Virus genome (UHGV): UHGV-0096747
DNA from: a virus
Length of the DNA stretch: 32,457 nt
Strand: one strand, 5' to 3'
The notes under the pieces are model-generated. The model made no database searches and was not told where the DNA came from. It saw only the letters and a program-made list of their open reading frames with translations. A program made the position numbers and the translations under genes. Every line of letters starts with the position of its first letter. Position 1 is the stretch's first letter. Below, one piece after another: positions 18,412-26,752 of the stretch.

Positions 18412-19155
18412 TTAACTGGCTTTCTTTTTCGGGCGTCCACGTTTTGCCGGTGTCACGCTCCGGGTCTTACGCGTGGCACGGGTGGCCGCTTTGGGCTGCG
18501 GCTCCGGCTTCGGTTTCAGCTCCCGCTCCAGTCGTTCAATCTCTTTTTTGACGCCTGCCTGACAGTCGAGCTGTGTCGCACGTTGCAGGTGAGCCAGCGC
18601 ACCGGCGGCATCACCAGCGTCACGCAGAAACAGACCGGTGATTTTGTGCAGCTTTGCGCGCACTTCATCAGGCATGTCTGCCGTGGCGGTCAGTGCAAGG
18701 GTCTCCGTCAGCAGGCGGGTATCCACAGACTCACCGGCAGCGTGGGCGCGCATGGCCGCGAGCGCCACCTCCTCGGTGAACATGTACGGCGGGGTGCGGC
18801 GGTGTTTACCCGGCATGGTCAGGCCGTACTTCAGGGCGTAACGGGCAATCTCCAGCGCACCGGCAATATCGCCGGTATCCAGACGCCACAGCATGACCGT
18901 CATCAGAATGTCATCCTGTGCACCTTTGCCCTGCTCCAGCACGCCGTTCACCCACGGCAACCAGAACGGCAGCAGTTCGCGCTTTTTCGCGGCCTTAAGC
19001 TCTTTTGAATAAATCGCTTTCAGTGTGCGCTGGTCTGCGGCGAGCTTAACCAGCATCTGCTCATAGACAGTTGCATGTCGCAGCGGGGCGGCTTCCCGCT
19101 GCGCGGTCATCGCTGCCGAGACCCGCATCATGTGGCGCTGTGCGGGACTCGTCAT
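18412..19155 (-). CDS. M: Terminase small subunit
   Basis: 247 aa as in P2 gpM; position. Confidence 0.88.
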   Translation of the reverse strand: MTSPAQRHMMRVSAAMTAQREAAPLRHATVYEQMLVKLAADQRTLKAIYSKELKAAKKRELLPFWLPWVNGVLEQGKGAQDDILMTVMLWRLDTGDIAGALEIARYALKYGLTMPGKHRRTPPYMFTEEVALAAMRAHAAGESVDTRLLTETLALTATADMPDEVRAKLHKITGLFLRDAGDAAGALAHLQRATQLDCQAGVKKEIERLERELKPKPEPQPKAATRATRKTRSVTPAKRGRPKKKAS

Positions 19156-19158
19156 CGG

Positions 19159-20232
19159 TTACGCTCCCGGCTCTGCGGTCGCTTTAGCCAGTGTGGAGAA
19201 ATCACCGACCTTAATTTTTTCCACCAGACAACCGGCGGCGTAGTCTTCCACCACGTAATCAATGTTCATTGACTCGTAGTTCTCCACGCGGTCGAGTTTC
19301 GGGTTTTCCTCAATCACGCGGCGATGGCTGTCATCCATGTAGTAGATGGACAGGTTTTCCAGCTTCGTGATGAGCATCGCATCCGCCGGGAAGTACGGGA
19401 CGCGTACCGCCGGCAGGTTACCGATGCGTTTCTGGCTGATGATGACGTCAGCGGCCAGCATTTCGCTGTTGTCCTGCTCCTTGTTAACGATGGGGAAATA
19501 CTTGTCCGCCAGTAACTGACGCCCCACAATCACCACAAGGTCAGGGTCTTCCTGATACCACGGCTCAATCAGGTTGTTGGTCGCATCCATCACCAGTGCA
19601 TCAAGGCTGGCATAATCACCGCCCTTACCCACGCGGATAACCTCAGAGGTCGTGTGACCTTCCTCGTCAGTGACCTTGCTCATCACGCGCGCCGGGGCTT
19701 CATTGCGGTATTTCTGCAGCCAGCCGACCGCCACATCCTGCAGCATCGGATTGCTGCTGCGGTCAGAGGTTTCGGCACGCCTCACGCCGTTAAAACCGGC
19801 CATGATTAAATCAAGGGACTGGCGTTTGATAATGGCGTTACGGATACGGAGCTGGAAATCCTGATAACGCGCCCACAGGTCCAGCGTTTTGTAGCGGATA
19901 TAAAAATCGAAGTTAATCTGGTCGCATTCGTACTTGTTTGACGCCAGCTTCGAGAAGTCCTTCGGCTGACGCTCGGTACCACCGGCAGTGTCGGTAGTGC
20001 TGGCGATGGAGCCGGTGACACCGATACCAATTTTTTCCCCTTTCATTTCGCTGACCGGCACAATGTTGATGCGGGTCAGAAAGTCAGAGGACTCCTGCAT
20101 GGTGTTCATCAGGGTCTGGGTGACCGACGGTTCAACGGTGAATTTTTTCGACACATCACCGGCGTCGATGCCGTTCAGTTCGGCAACACGGGACAGGTAA
20201 GCATTAAATTTAAAGCGGGTTTCCTGGCGCAT
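19159..20232 (-). CDS. N: Major capsid protein
   Basis: 357 aa as in P2 gpN; position. Confidence 0.9.
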   Translation of the reverse strand: MRQETRFKFNAYLSRVAELNGIDAGDVSKKFTVEPSVTQTLMNTMQESSDFLTRINIVPVSEMKGEKIGIGVTGSIASTTDTAGGTERQPKDFSKLASNKYECDQINFDFYIRYKTLDLWARYQDFQLRIRNAIIKRQSLDLIMAGFNGVRRAETSDRSSNPMLQDVAVGWLQKYRNEAPARVMSKVTDEEGHTTSEVIRVGKGGDYASLDALVMDATNNLIEPWYQEDPDLVVIVGRQLLADKYFPIVNKEQDNSEMLAADVIISQKRIGNLPAVRVPYFPADAMLITKLENLSIYYMDDSHRRVIEENPKLDRVENYESMNIDYVVEDYAAGCLVEKIKVGDFSTLAKATAEPGA

Positions 20233-20290
20233 AGTTTTTCCTGAAATTAAGGGTTAATCGTGAAGGTTTTCCCGGACTGACTGACGCCGG

Positions 20291-21145
20291 TCAGCAGTTC
20301 GTCATCAGGGCGTCACCGCCACCACCGGTGGCCTTGCTGCGGCGCTGCTGGGTCAGACTTTCGGTGTGGTCGAGACTGTTTTTCAGGCGGGTGAATGCCT
20401 GGCTGGTTTCATCCGCCCTGTCAGTCACCTCCTGCTTAAGTGCGGAAAAGGCGGTTTCCATCTCAGCAAGGCGCTGCTCAGTGGCGCTCAGTTTTTCCTG
20501 CACATGTTCAGCAACAGCGGTCACCGCTTCATGCACGTCATTCAGACGGGCGTCATCGCTGGCCTGTTTGCGGCCAAAAATGGATTTCACCTTTTCGGTC
20601 AGGGCGGTGAACACGGTTTCAGGCAGGTCTTCAAATTCCAGCTCAACAGGCGTTGCCACTGAAATCAGGTTTTCAGGGCTTAATTTGAAGCGGTTCAGGG
20701 GGTTGTGTTTTGCCGTGCGGCAGAATTCCAGGTATTCCGTGCCGAGGCTTGCCGGGTCATCGGTGACGGCCAGCCCCACCAGATAACATTTGCCGGTGTT
20801 GGCAAAGTTCGGCTGAATTTCCATTGAGGTGTAGACCTTCTGCGCGGCCTTGTTCATCGCGATAAGGTCATCGGTCGGGGTGATTTTCGCAAACAGCGCC
20901 CATTTGCCTTTCAGCGCCGAATCATCGTCAATCTTTTCGGCCTTCAGTTCGACCACATCGCCATAACGCTTAAAAATACCGTCAGGCAGGATGCCGCGCA
21001 GATGTTCCAGGTTAATGCGGCAACCATAGACTCGCGGGTCAAAGGTTTCGGCCATTTCCTGAATATCCTGCGCACTGATGACACGCCCGTCACAGGTGTC
21101 ACCCTCAACGCCGATACGAAAGAATTTTGAGACTTTTTTTGCCAT
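20291..21145 (-). CDS. O: Capsid scaffolding protein
   Basis: 284 aa from the ATG at 21143..21145 (MAKKVSKFFRIG), matching P2 gpO; the track ORF is an upstream extension. Confidence 0.85.
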   Translation of the reverse strand: MAKKVSKFFRIGVEGDTCDGRVISAQDIQEMAETFDPRVYGCRINLEHLRGILPDGIFKRYGDVVELKAEKIDDDSALKGKWALFAKITPTDDLIAMNKAAQKVYTSMEIQPNFANTGKCYLVGLAVTDDPASLGTEYLEFCRTAKHNPLNRFKLSPENLISVATPVELEFEDLPETVFTALTEKVKSIFGRKQASDDARLNDVHEAVTAVAEHVQEKLSATEQRLAEMETAFSALKQEVTDRADETSQAFTRLKNSLDHTESLTQQRRSKATGGGGDALMTNC

Positions 21146-21318
21146 TGTCAGGAGTCCTGAATAGTGATTAGAGGAGTCACATGTCGGCATCAGTTTCCCG
21201 ACGATGCGCATCCTCCGCCATCAGTCCCGGATGGCTTATCACTGACACAACAGCACCTTAGCGAATCGCGGGGCGCGACTCAGTAGCCTTGCCGTGTATT
21301 CATCACGGCGAGGTATTC
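21146..21318. promoter_or_regulatory. Divergent late promoter region between O and P
   Basis: 173-bp intergenic gap between divergently transcribed O and P, where P2 has Ogr-dependent late promoters; I could not locate an exact TGT-N12-ACA activator site. Confidence 0.4.
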
Positions 21319-23091
21319 ATGACCATCACCACAGACACCACTCTTTTGCACGACCCGCGTCGTCAGGCGGCGCTGCTGTACTGGCAGGGGTTTTCCGTGC
21401 CGCAGATTGCCGCCATGTTGCAGATGAAACGCCCGACGGTGCAGAGCTGGAAACAGCGCGACGGCTGGGACAGCGTTGCCCCCATCAGCCGTGTCGAAAT
21501 GAGTCTGGAAGCGCGGCTGACCCAGCTCATTATCAAACCGCAGAAAACCGGCGGTGACTTCAAGGAAATTGACCTGCTCGGACGCCAGATTGAACGACTG
21601 GCACGGGTAAACCGCTACAGCCAGACCGGCAACGAGGCAGACCTTAATCCGAACGTCGCTAACCGCAACAAAGGCGGGCGTCGCAAACCGAAAAAGAATT
21701 TTTTCAGTGACGAGGCCATCGAAAAGCTGGAGCAGATTTTCTTTGAGCAGTCTTTCGAATATCAGTTGCACTGGTATCGCGCCGGGCTTGAGCACCGCAT
21801 CCGCGATATCCTGAAATCCCGTCAGATTGGCGCGACGTTTTATTTTTCCCGTGAGGCGCTGCTGCGCGCCCTGAAAACCGGCCATAACCAGATTTTTCTG
21901 TCGGCCAGTAAAACGCAGGCGTATGTGTTCCGCGAATACATCATCGCCTTTGCCCGGCTGGTTGACGTTGACCTGACTGGTGACCCGATTGTCCTGGGCA
22001 ATAACGGCGCAAAACTGATTTTTCTCGGCACCAACTCCAACACCGCACAGAGCCATAACGGCGACCTGTACGTCGACGAGATTTTCTGGATCCCGAATTT
22101 TCAGGTACTGCGTAAGGTGGCATCAGGTATGGCCTCACAGAGTCACCTGCGCTCGACCTATTTCTCCACCCCGTCCACGCTGGCGCACGACGCCTACCCG
22201 TTCTGGTCCGGTGAACTGTTCAACCGGGGACGCGCCAGCGCCGCTGAACGCGTGGAAATCGACGTCAGTCATAACGCCCTTGCCGGTGGGCTTCTCTGTG
22301 CGGACGGACAGTGGCGGCAGATTGTCACCATTGAGGACGCCCTGAAAGGTGGCTGCACACTGTTCGACATTGAGCAGCTCAAACGTGAAAACAGCGCCGA
22401 CGATTTTAAAAACCTGTTCATGTGTGAATTTGTTGACGACAAGGCGTCGGTGTTCCCGTTCGAGGAACTGCAACGCTGCATGGTCGACACGCTGGAAGAA
22501 TGGGAAGACTATGCCCCCTTTGCCGCAAATCCGTTCGGCTCCCGCCCGGTATGGATTGGTTACGACCCGTCACACCGTGGCGACAGCGCCGGATGCGTGG
22601 TGCTGGCACCGCCGGTGGTGGCCGGTGGCAAATTCAGAATACTTGAGCGTCACCAGTGGAAAGGCATGGACTTTGCCACTCAGGCGGAATCCATCCGCAA
22701 ACTCACCGAAAAATACAACGTCGAATACATCGGTATCGATGCCACCGGCCTCGGTGTCGGCGTGTTCCAGCTCGTGCGCTCGTTCTATCCCGCCGCGCGC
22801 GATATCCGCTACACGCCGGAAATGAAAACCGCAATGGTACTCAAGGCAAAAGACGTTATCCGCCGTGGCTGTCTGGAATACGACGTCAGCGCCACCGACA
22901 TCACCAGCTCGTTTATGGCTATCCGCAAGACCATGACCAGCAGCGGACGCAGCGCCACCTATGAGGCCAGCCGCAGCGAGGAAGCCAGCCACGCCGACCT
23001 CGCCTGGGCGACCATGCACGCTCTGTTAAATGAGCCACTCACCGCCGGTATCAGCACCCCGCTGACATCCACCATTCTGGAGTTTTACTGA
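21319..23091 (+). CDS. P: Terminase large subunit (ATPase)
   Basis: 590 aa from the ATG at 21319 with GAGG Shine-Dalgarno, matching P2 gpP; the track ORF begins at an upstream TTG. Confidence 0.9.
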   Translation: MTITTDTTLLHDPRRQAALLYWQGFSVPQIAAMLQMKRPTVQSWKQRDGWDSVAPISRVEMSLEARLTQLIIKPQKTGGDFKEIDLLGRQIERLARVNRYSQTGNEADLNPNVANRNKGGRRKPKKNFFSDEAIEKLEQIFFEQSFEYQLHWYRAGLEHRIRDILKSRQIGATFYFSREALLRALKTGHNQIFLSASKTQAYVFREYIIAFARLVDVDLTGDPIVLGNNGAKLIFLGTNSNTAQSHNGDLYVDEIFWIPNFQVLRKVASGMASQSHLRSTYFSTPSTLAHDAYPFWSGELFNRGRASAAERVEIDVSHNALAGGLLCADGQWRQIVTIEDALKGGCTLFDIEQLKRENSADDFKNLFMCEFVDDKASVFPFEELQRCMVDTLEEWEDYAPFAANPFGSRPVWIGYDPSHRGDSAGCVVLAPPVVAGGKFRILERHQWKGMDFATQAESIRKLTEKYNVEYIGIDATGLGVGVFQLVRSFYPAARDIRYTPEMKTAMVLKAKDVIRRGCLEYDVSATDITSSFMAIRKTMTSSGRSATYEASRSEEASHADLAWATMHALLNEPLTAGISTPLTSTILEFY

Positions 23092-24125
23092 TGAGCAAGA
23101 AAAAAGGGAAAACACCGCAACCTGCGGCAAATAAAATGACCGCCAACGCCCCGAAAATGGAGGCATTCACCTTTGGTGAGCCGGTGCCGGTACTCGACCG
23201 CCGTGACATTCTGGATTATGTCGAGTGCATCAGTAACGGCAGATGGTATGAGCCACCGGTCAGCTTTACCGGTCTGGCAAAAAGCCTGCGTGCTGCCGTG
23301 CATCACAGCTCACCGATTTACGTCAAACGCAATATTCTGGCCTCGACATTTATCCCGCATCCGTGGCTTTCTCAGCAGGATTTCAGCCGCTTTGTGCTGG
23401 ACTTTCTGGTGTTCGGTAATGCGTTTCTGGAAAAGCGTTACAGCACCACCGGTAAGGTCATCAGACTGGAAACCTCACCGGCAAAATATACCCGCCGTGG
23501 TGTGGAAGAGGATGTTTACTGGTGGGTGCCGTCCTTCAACGAGCCGACACCTTTCACGCCCGGCTCCGTGTTTCACCTGCTGGAGCCGGATATTAATCAG
23601 GAGCTGTACGGCCTGCCGGAATATCTCAGCGCCCTTAACTCTGCCTGGCTGAATGAGTCGGCCACGCTGTTCCGCCGCAAGTATTACGAAAACGGCGCTC
23701 ATGCCGGATACATCATGTACGTCACCGATGCCGTGCAGGATCGCAACGATATAGAAATGCTCCGCGAAAACATGGTTAAGTCGAAAGGCCGCAACAACTT
23801 TAAAAATCTGTTCCTCTATGCCCCACAGGGGAAAGCCGACGGCATTAAAATTATCCCGCTCAGTGAAGTCGCAACGAAGGACGATTTTTTTAATATCAAA
23901 AAAGCCAGCGCCGCTGACCTGCTGGACGCGCACCGCATCCCCTTTCAGTTGATGGGCGGCAAGCCGGAGAACGTCGGATCGCTGGGTGATATTGAGAAAG
24001 TGGCAAAGGTCTTTGTCCGCAATGAGCTTATCCCGCTACAGGACAGGATCCGCGAGATAAACGGCTGGCTCGGTCAGGAGGTCATCCGCTTTAAAAACTA
24101 CTCACTGGACACTGACAACGGCTGA
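23091..24125 (+). CDS. Q: Portal protein
   Basis: 344 aa as in P2 gpQ; start overlaps the P stop. Confidence 0.9.
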   Translation: MSKKKGKTPQPAANKMTANAPKMEAFTFGEPVPVLDRRDILDYVECISNGRWYEPPVSFTGLAKSLRAAVHHSSPIYVKRNILASTFIPHPWLSQQDFSRFVLDFLVFGNAFLEKRYSTTGKVIRLETSPAKYTRRGVEEDVYWWVPSFNEPTPFTPGSVFHLLEPDINQELYGLPEYLSALNSAWLNESATLFRRKYYENGAHAGYIMYVTDAVQDRNDIEMLRENMVKSKGRNNFKNLFLYAPQGKADGIKIIPLSEVATKDDFFNIKKASAADLLDAHRIPFQLMGGKPENVGSLGDIEKVAKVFVRNELIPLQDRIREINGWLGQEVIRFKNYSLDTDNG

Positions 24126-24130
24126 ACATC

Positions 24131-24152
24131 GCCGCCTGCGGGCGGCTTTTTT
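24131..24152 (+). terminator. Rho-independent terminator after Q
   Basis: GCCGCC-TGCG-GGCGGC hairpin followed by TTTTTT, 6 nt after the Q stop. Confidence 0.6.
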
Positions 24153-24217
24153 ACACCCCGCCATCACGACGCGCTCAGACGCTGAAAAAATAAAATCAGC
24201 ACCACCGCCAGCGCGCA

Positions 24218-24236
24218 GTGCTTTCCCCGCCTCGCC
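24218..24236. other. cos: cos site (19-nt cohesive-end sequence)
   Basis: Reverse complement GGCGAGGCGGGGAAAGCAC matches my recollection of the P2 cohesive end; it sits just beyond Q as in P2. Confidence 0.6.
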
Positions 24237-24368
24237 CGCCCGCTTCATGGGGCGGTTTTAATGCAGGTGCATGATATCTGCCGTAGCCAGTCAGGGCAGG
24301 CTGATTTTAGCCAAAATAATTCGTAAAACCTCATGCATTTTCATGCACCAAACTCATGCATGGCTATC

Positions 24369-24698
24369 TTAAAACTTGATGGTATTTAATAAAACGCGAA
24401 AAGCCACACACTTTGTAGAAATAGCAGAAACCTTTGCCTTATCCTGCTTCCTTGCCTGAGACTCAAAATCATCACCTGTTATAATATCAAAAAGTTCGTC
24501 ATGAAAAACCCTTAACTGAGCTTCAATATCCTTTCTTTTCCATCGCGACTCTTGCTGAACATATATTGTTATAGTCGAATTTATTATATTTAAACTCGCC
24601 TTAATTCTCATTTCCTCTTCTAAGAGAGACTTCGCCGACTTTTTTGAATACCCCTTCAACCAATAACTAATAGCATCAGAACGCAACTCATTAACCAC
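24369..24698 (-). CDS. Hypothetical protein, fourth ORF of the old/tin-position cargo operon
   Basis: 109-aa ORF with GTG start and GGAGAG Shine-Dalgarno 10-11 nt upstream; AT-rich; overlaps the preceding ORF by 43 nt in another frame. Confidence 0.4.
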   Translation of the reverse strand: MVNELRSDAISYWLKGYSKKSAKSLLEEEMRIKASLNIINSTITIYVQQESRWKRKDIEAQLRVFHDELFDIITGDDFESQARKQDKAKVSAISTKCVAFRVLLNTIKF

Positions 24699-25030
24699 AT
24701 CTGAAATACTCTCCAGGAGTTTGGTTTTAGTCTCCCGTTTAACAACAGAACGCCAATGGACTTTATTATATGCAAATGCGGCAGTGGCCGCAAAATAGTA
24801 CTAATAAGAGCCGTAATAAGTGATGACGATAAAATAGGCGTTTCAGGTGGATGCCGTATTGCATCAACAATATTAGAACTAGCTACTTCAATTATCGTAT
24901 TAATATCCTTAACTGCATGAGTAGCACTCAGGCCTTCTTCATTATCCTTCTTGATAAAAAGCAAACTAGGTGAGAACTCACCAGAACCCTCACCTAAAAT
25001 AAACATCGGATTATTCGACTGTTGGCTCAT
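24656..25030 (-). CDS. Hypothetical protein, third ORF of the cargo operon (C-terminal half may be out of frame)
   Basis: 124-aa ORF with ATG start overlapping the end of the upstream ORF by 20 nt; AT-rich. Confidence 0.4.
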   Translation of the reverse strand: MSQQSNNPMFILGEGSGEFSPSLLFIKKDNEEGLSATHAVKDINTIIEVASSNIVDAIRHPPETPILSSSLITALISTILRPLPHLHIIKSIGVLLLNGRLKPNSWRVFQMWLMSCVLMLLVIG

Positions 25031-25400
25031 ATCGTTTCGAATTAAACTGCGCCTCGTTGATATATTGTTCTATTTTCTTTTTATAGAAATCAAAATCAGG
25101 ATTAGTATATTTAATTTCAATTTTAGACAATAACTCATTGGCATGCATATATCCATATTTTACCATGCCCGCAAAGCCCTCCACCAAAAAAGACGAACCA
25201 TATCCTTCGACATCATCATCGATGACTATCTGCAATTTTTCCCCAGCAGAAAGCAAGCTTAGACGCTTTCTTAAGAAATCTTCTCTAAACCGTTCACCAC
25301 TTGCTGTCCCGTCAGTACGATAGCGGCCTCTGGGAACTTTCGAGAACTCTGAACCAATCTTCAATGTTTTCATGAGGCTAGCAACCAATCTAGTAATCAT
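25011..25400 (-). CDS. Small protein (129 aa), possible STAS-like fold, translationally coupled to the upstream ATPase gene
   Basis: The ATG at 25398..25400 overlaps the upstream TGA (ATGA coupling) and has a GGAG Shine-Dalgarno; the track ORF starts earlier at a TTG. Segment IVIDDDVEGYGSSFLVEGF loosely resembles the STAS core. Confidence 0.5.
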   Translation of the reverse strand: MITRLVASLMKTLKIGSEFSKVPRGRYRTDGTASGERFREDFLRKRLSLLSAGEKLQIVIDDDVEGYGSSFLVEGFAGMVKYGYMHANELLSKIEIKYTNPDFDFYKKKIEQYINEAQFNSKRYEPTVE

Positions 25401-26527
25401 AGCTTTGTACTCCATACTATAAGTGTACCACAAACAGGCAGAGCGAAGCTTACTGATTTTACCTCAGATTTTTTATCATGTTGTGAGTATTTGTAAAGGC
25501 CTTTACCACTCATAATTGAAAGATAACCTTCACCACGTTGCTTTATGAACTCCAACAAGTCCTGCAAGCCTTTACCCCGATCCTCTTCCCCCGTACTAGA
25601 ACGTTTGATTTCAACTGCAGCCTTTAACAATTGTTCATCTCTTTTTCGTTCTGCAAGCGGTAACTTCGAAAGGTAATTTAAAACCTTTTCATGGAGTTTA
25701 GATTCCGGCAAAGACCCAGGAATTGTAATACCTTGATCATAAAACACTACTTTTATTATTCTACTTGAACTATCATATGAAGCAGTTAAATACCATTTTT
25801 TATCATGCTCATGATAACCTTTATTATCTGGATAAGCATGATGAACAACATTTGTAATAGCTTCGGACAAACCACTATATAGGAAAGTCCATTTACCAAG
25901 GTCTTCTCCCACAATACGCTTTATTTCTTTTTTTAAATGCTGAGTTTTTTCATCATCATGTAAATGTCCTTTCATATACTTAACAAAACGGATATTACTT
26001 GGTTCCTTTTCTTTTTCAAGCTCAAAACTATCTTTATTTCTAAATAAGTCAAAAAAACCCAACTCATCAAATTGAGAGAGTATGTTTTTATTCCACGTTT
26101 TCACTTTTGGGCGAATGCGTTGCCTTACCGAATCATCCCATTTTGATAATTCCGCGGTCAATACCAATGCGGCAGATGCAGAAATATATTCAATCTTCGA
26201 AAAGTCAACAAAACAAAGACGGTAACATTGGTTATTAAATATCTTCCGCCCCGTAAGATGCCTAATCGTTTGTATGGCTTGCATTGTACGATGGTAATTA
26301 CTTGAAAAGTTCATCTTTTTAGGTAAAGTAAGGAAAAGGTCTCTATTTTTCCTTATTTCGCAATTTAATCCATCTTTAATTTGCGCATTTATCCAACGAT
26401 TTATTTTTGATGCTTTTGAAATAGGATTAATCTTAGAGCGCCCTGCAGATACAACATCTCTTCCTGTACGATGTAAATAGGATCGTAAAATATCTCTCTC
26501 TCTTTCTCTCTTGGTTATTTTTTTCAT
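25397..26527 (-). CDS. GHKL-family ATPase or kinase-like protein with N-terminal STAS-like segment, first gene of the cargo operon
   Basis: 376 aa; ATG with strong AAGGGGGG Shine-Dalgarno; C-terminal motifs EAITNVVHHA (N-box-like), FYDQGITIPG (G1-like) and DRGKGLQDL (G2-like); N-terminal VDFSKIEYISASAALVL resembles the STAS phospho-site region; AT-rich. Confidence 0.55.
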   Translation of the reverse strand: MKKITKRERERDILRSYLHRTGRDVVSAGRSKINPISKASKINRWINAQIKDGLNCEIRKNRDLFLTLPKKMNFSSNYHRTMQAIQTIRHLTGRKIFNNQCYRLCFVDFSKIEYISASAALVLTAELSKWDDSVRQRIRPKVKTWNKNILSQFDELGFFDLFRNKDSFELEKEKEPSNIRFVKYMKGHLHDDEKTQHLKKEIKRIVGEDLGKWTFLYSGLSEAITNVVHHAYPDNKGYHEHDKKWYLTASYDSSSRIIKVVFYDQGITIPGSLPESKLHEKVLNYLSKLPLAERKRDEQLLKAAVEIKRSSTGEEDRGKGLQDLLEFIKQRGEGYLSIMSGKGLYKYSQHDKKSEVKSVSFALPVCGTLIVWSTKL

Positions 26528-26752
26528 CTTCCCCCCTTAGAAAACTGACGCATTTAACAGCTTTTTTATCATTTTTTCAATCAGTTGTATCAATTTTTGA
26601 TGTGCGCATCAAACTTCTCAAACCCACACAAACACAAACTATCTCGCCCATCCCCTCTAGCCAACCTCAAAACTGTACATAATATGCTCTTTTTCCCGCA
26701 AGGTTATGCGCGAGCCACTCATTCAGCATTAACTTATCATTACAAAACATAA

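Noticed and set aside
21280-22056. 258-aa minus-strand ORF overlapping the terminase large subunit gene
   Set aside because: Antisense to gene P, which is supported by length and synteny.
24126-26752. Looked for Old (about 586 aa, ATPase plus TOPRIM) and Tin homologues at their expected position
   Set aside because: No ORF of suitable size or motif content is present; the locus is occupied by different cargo.
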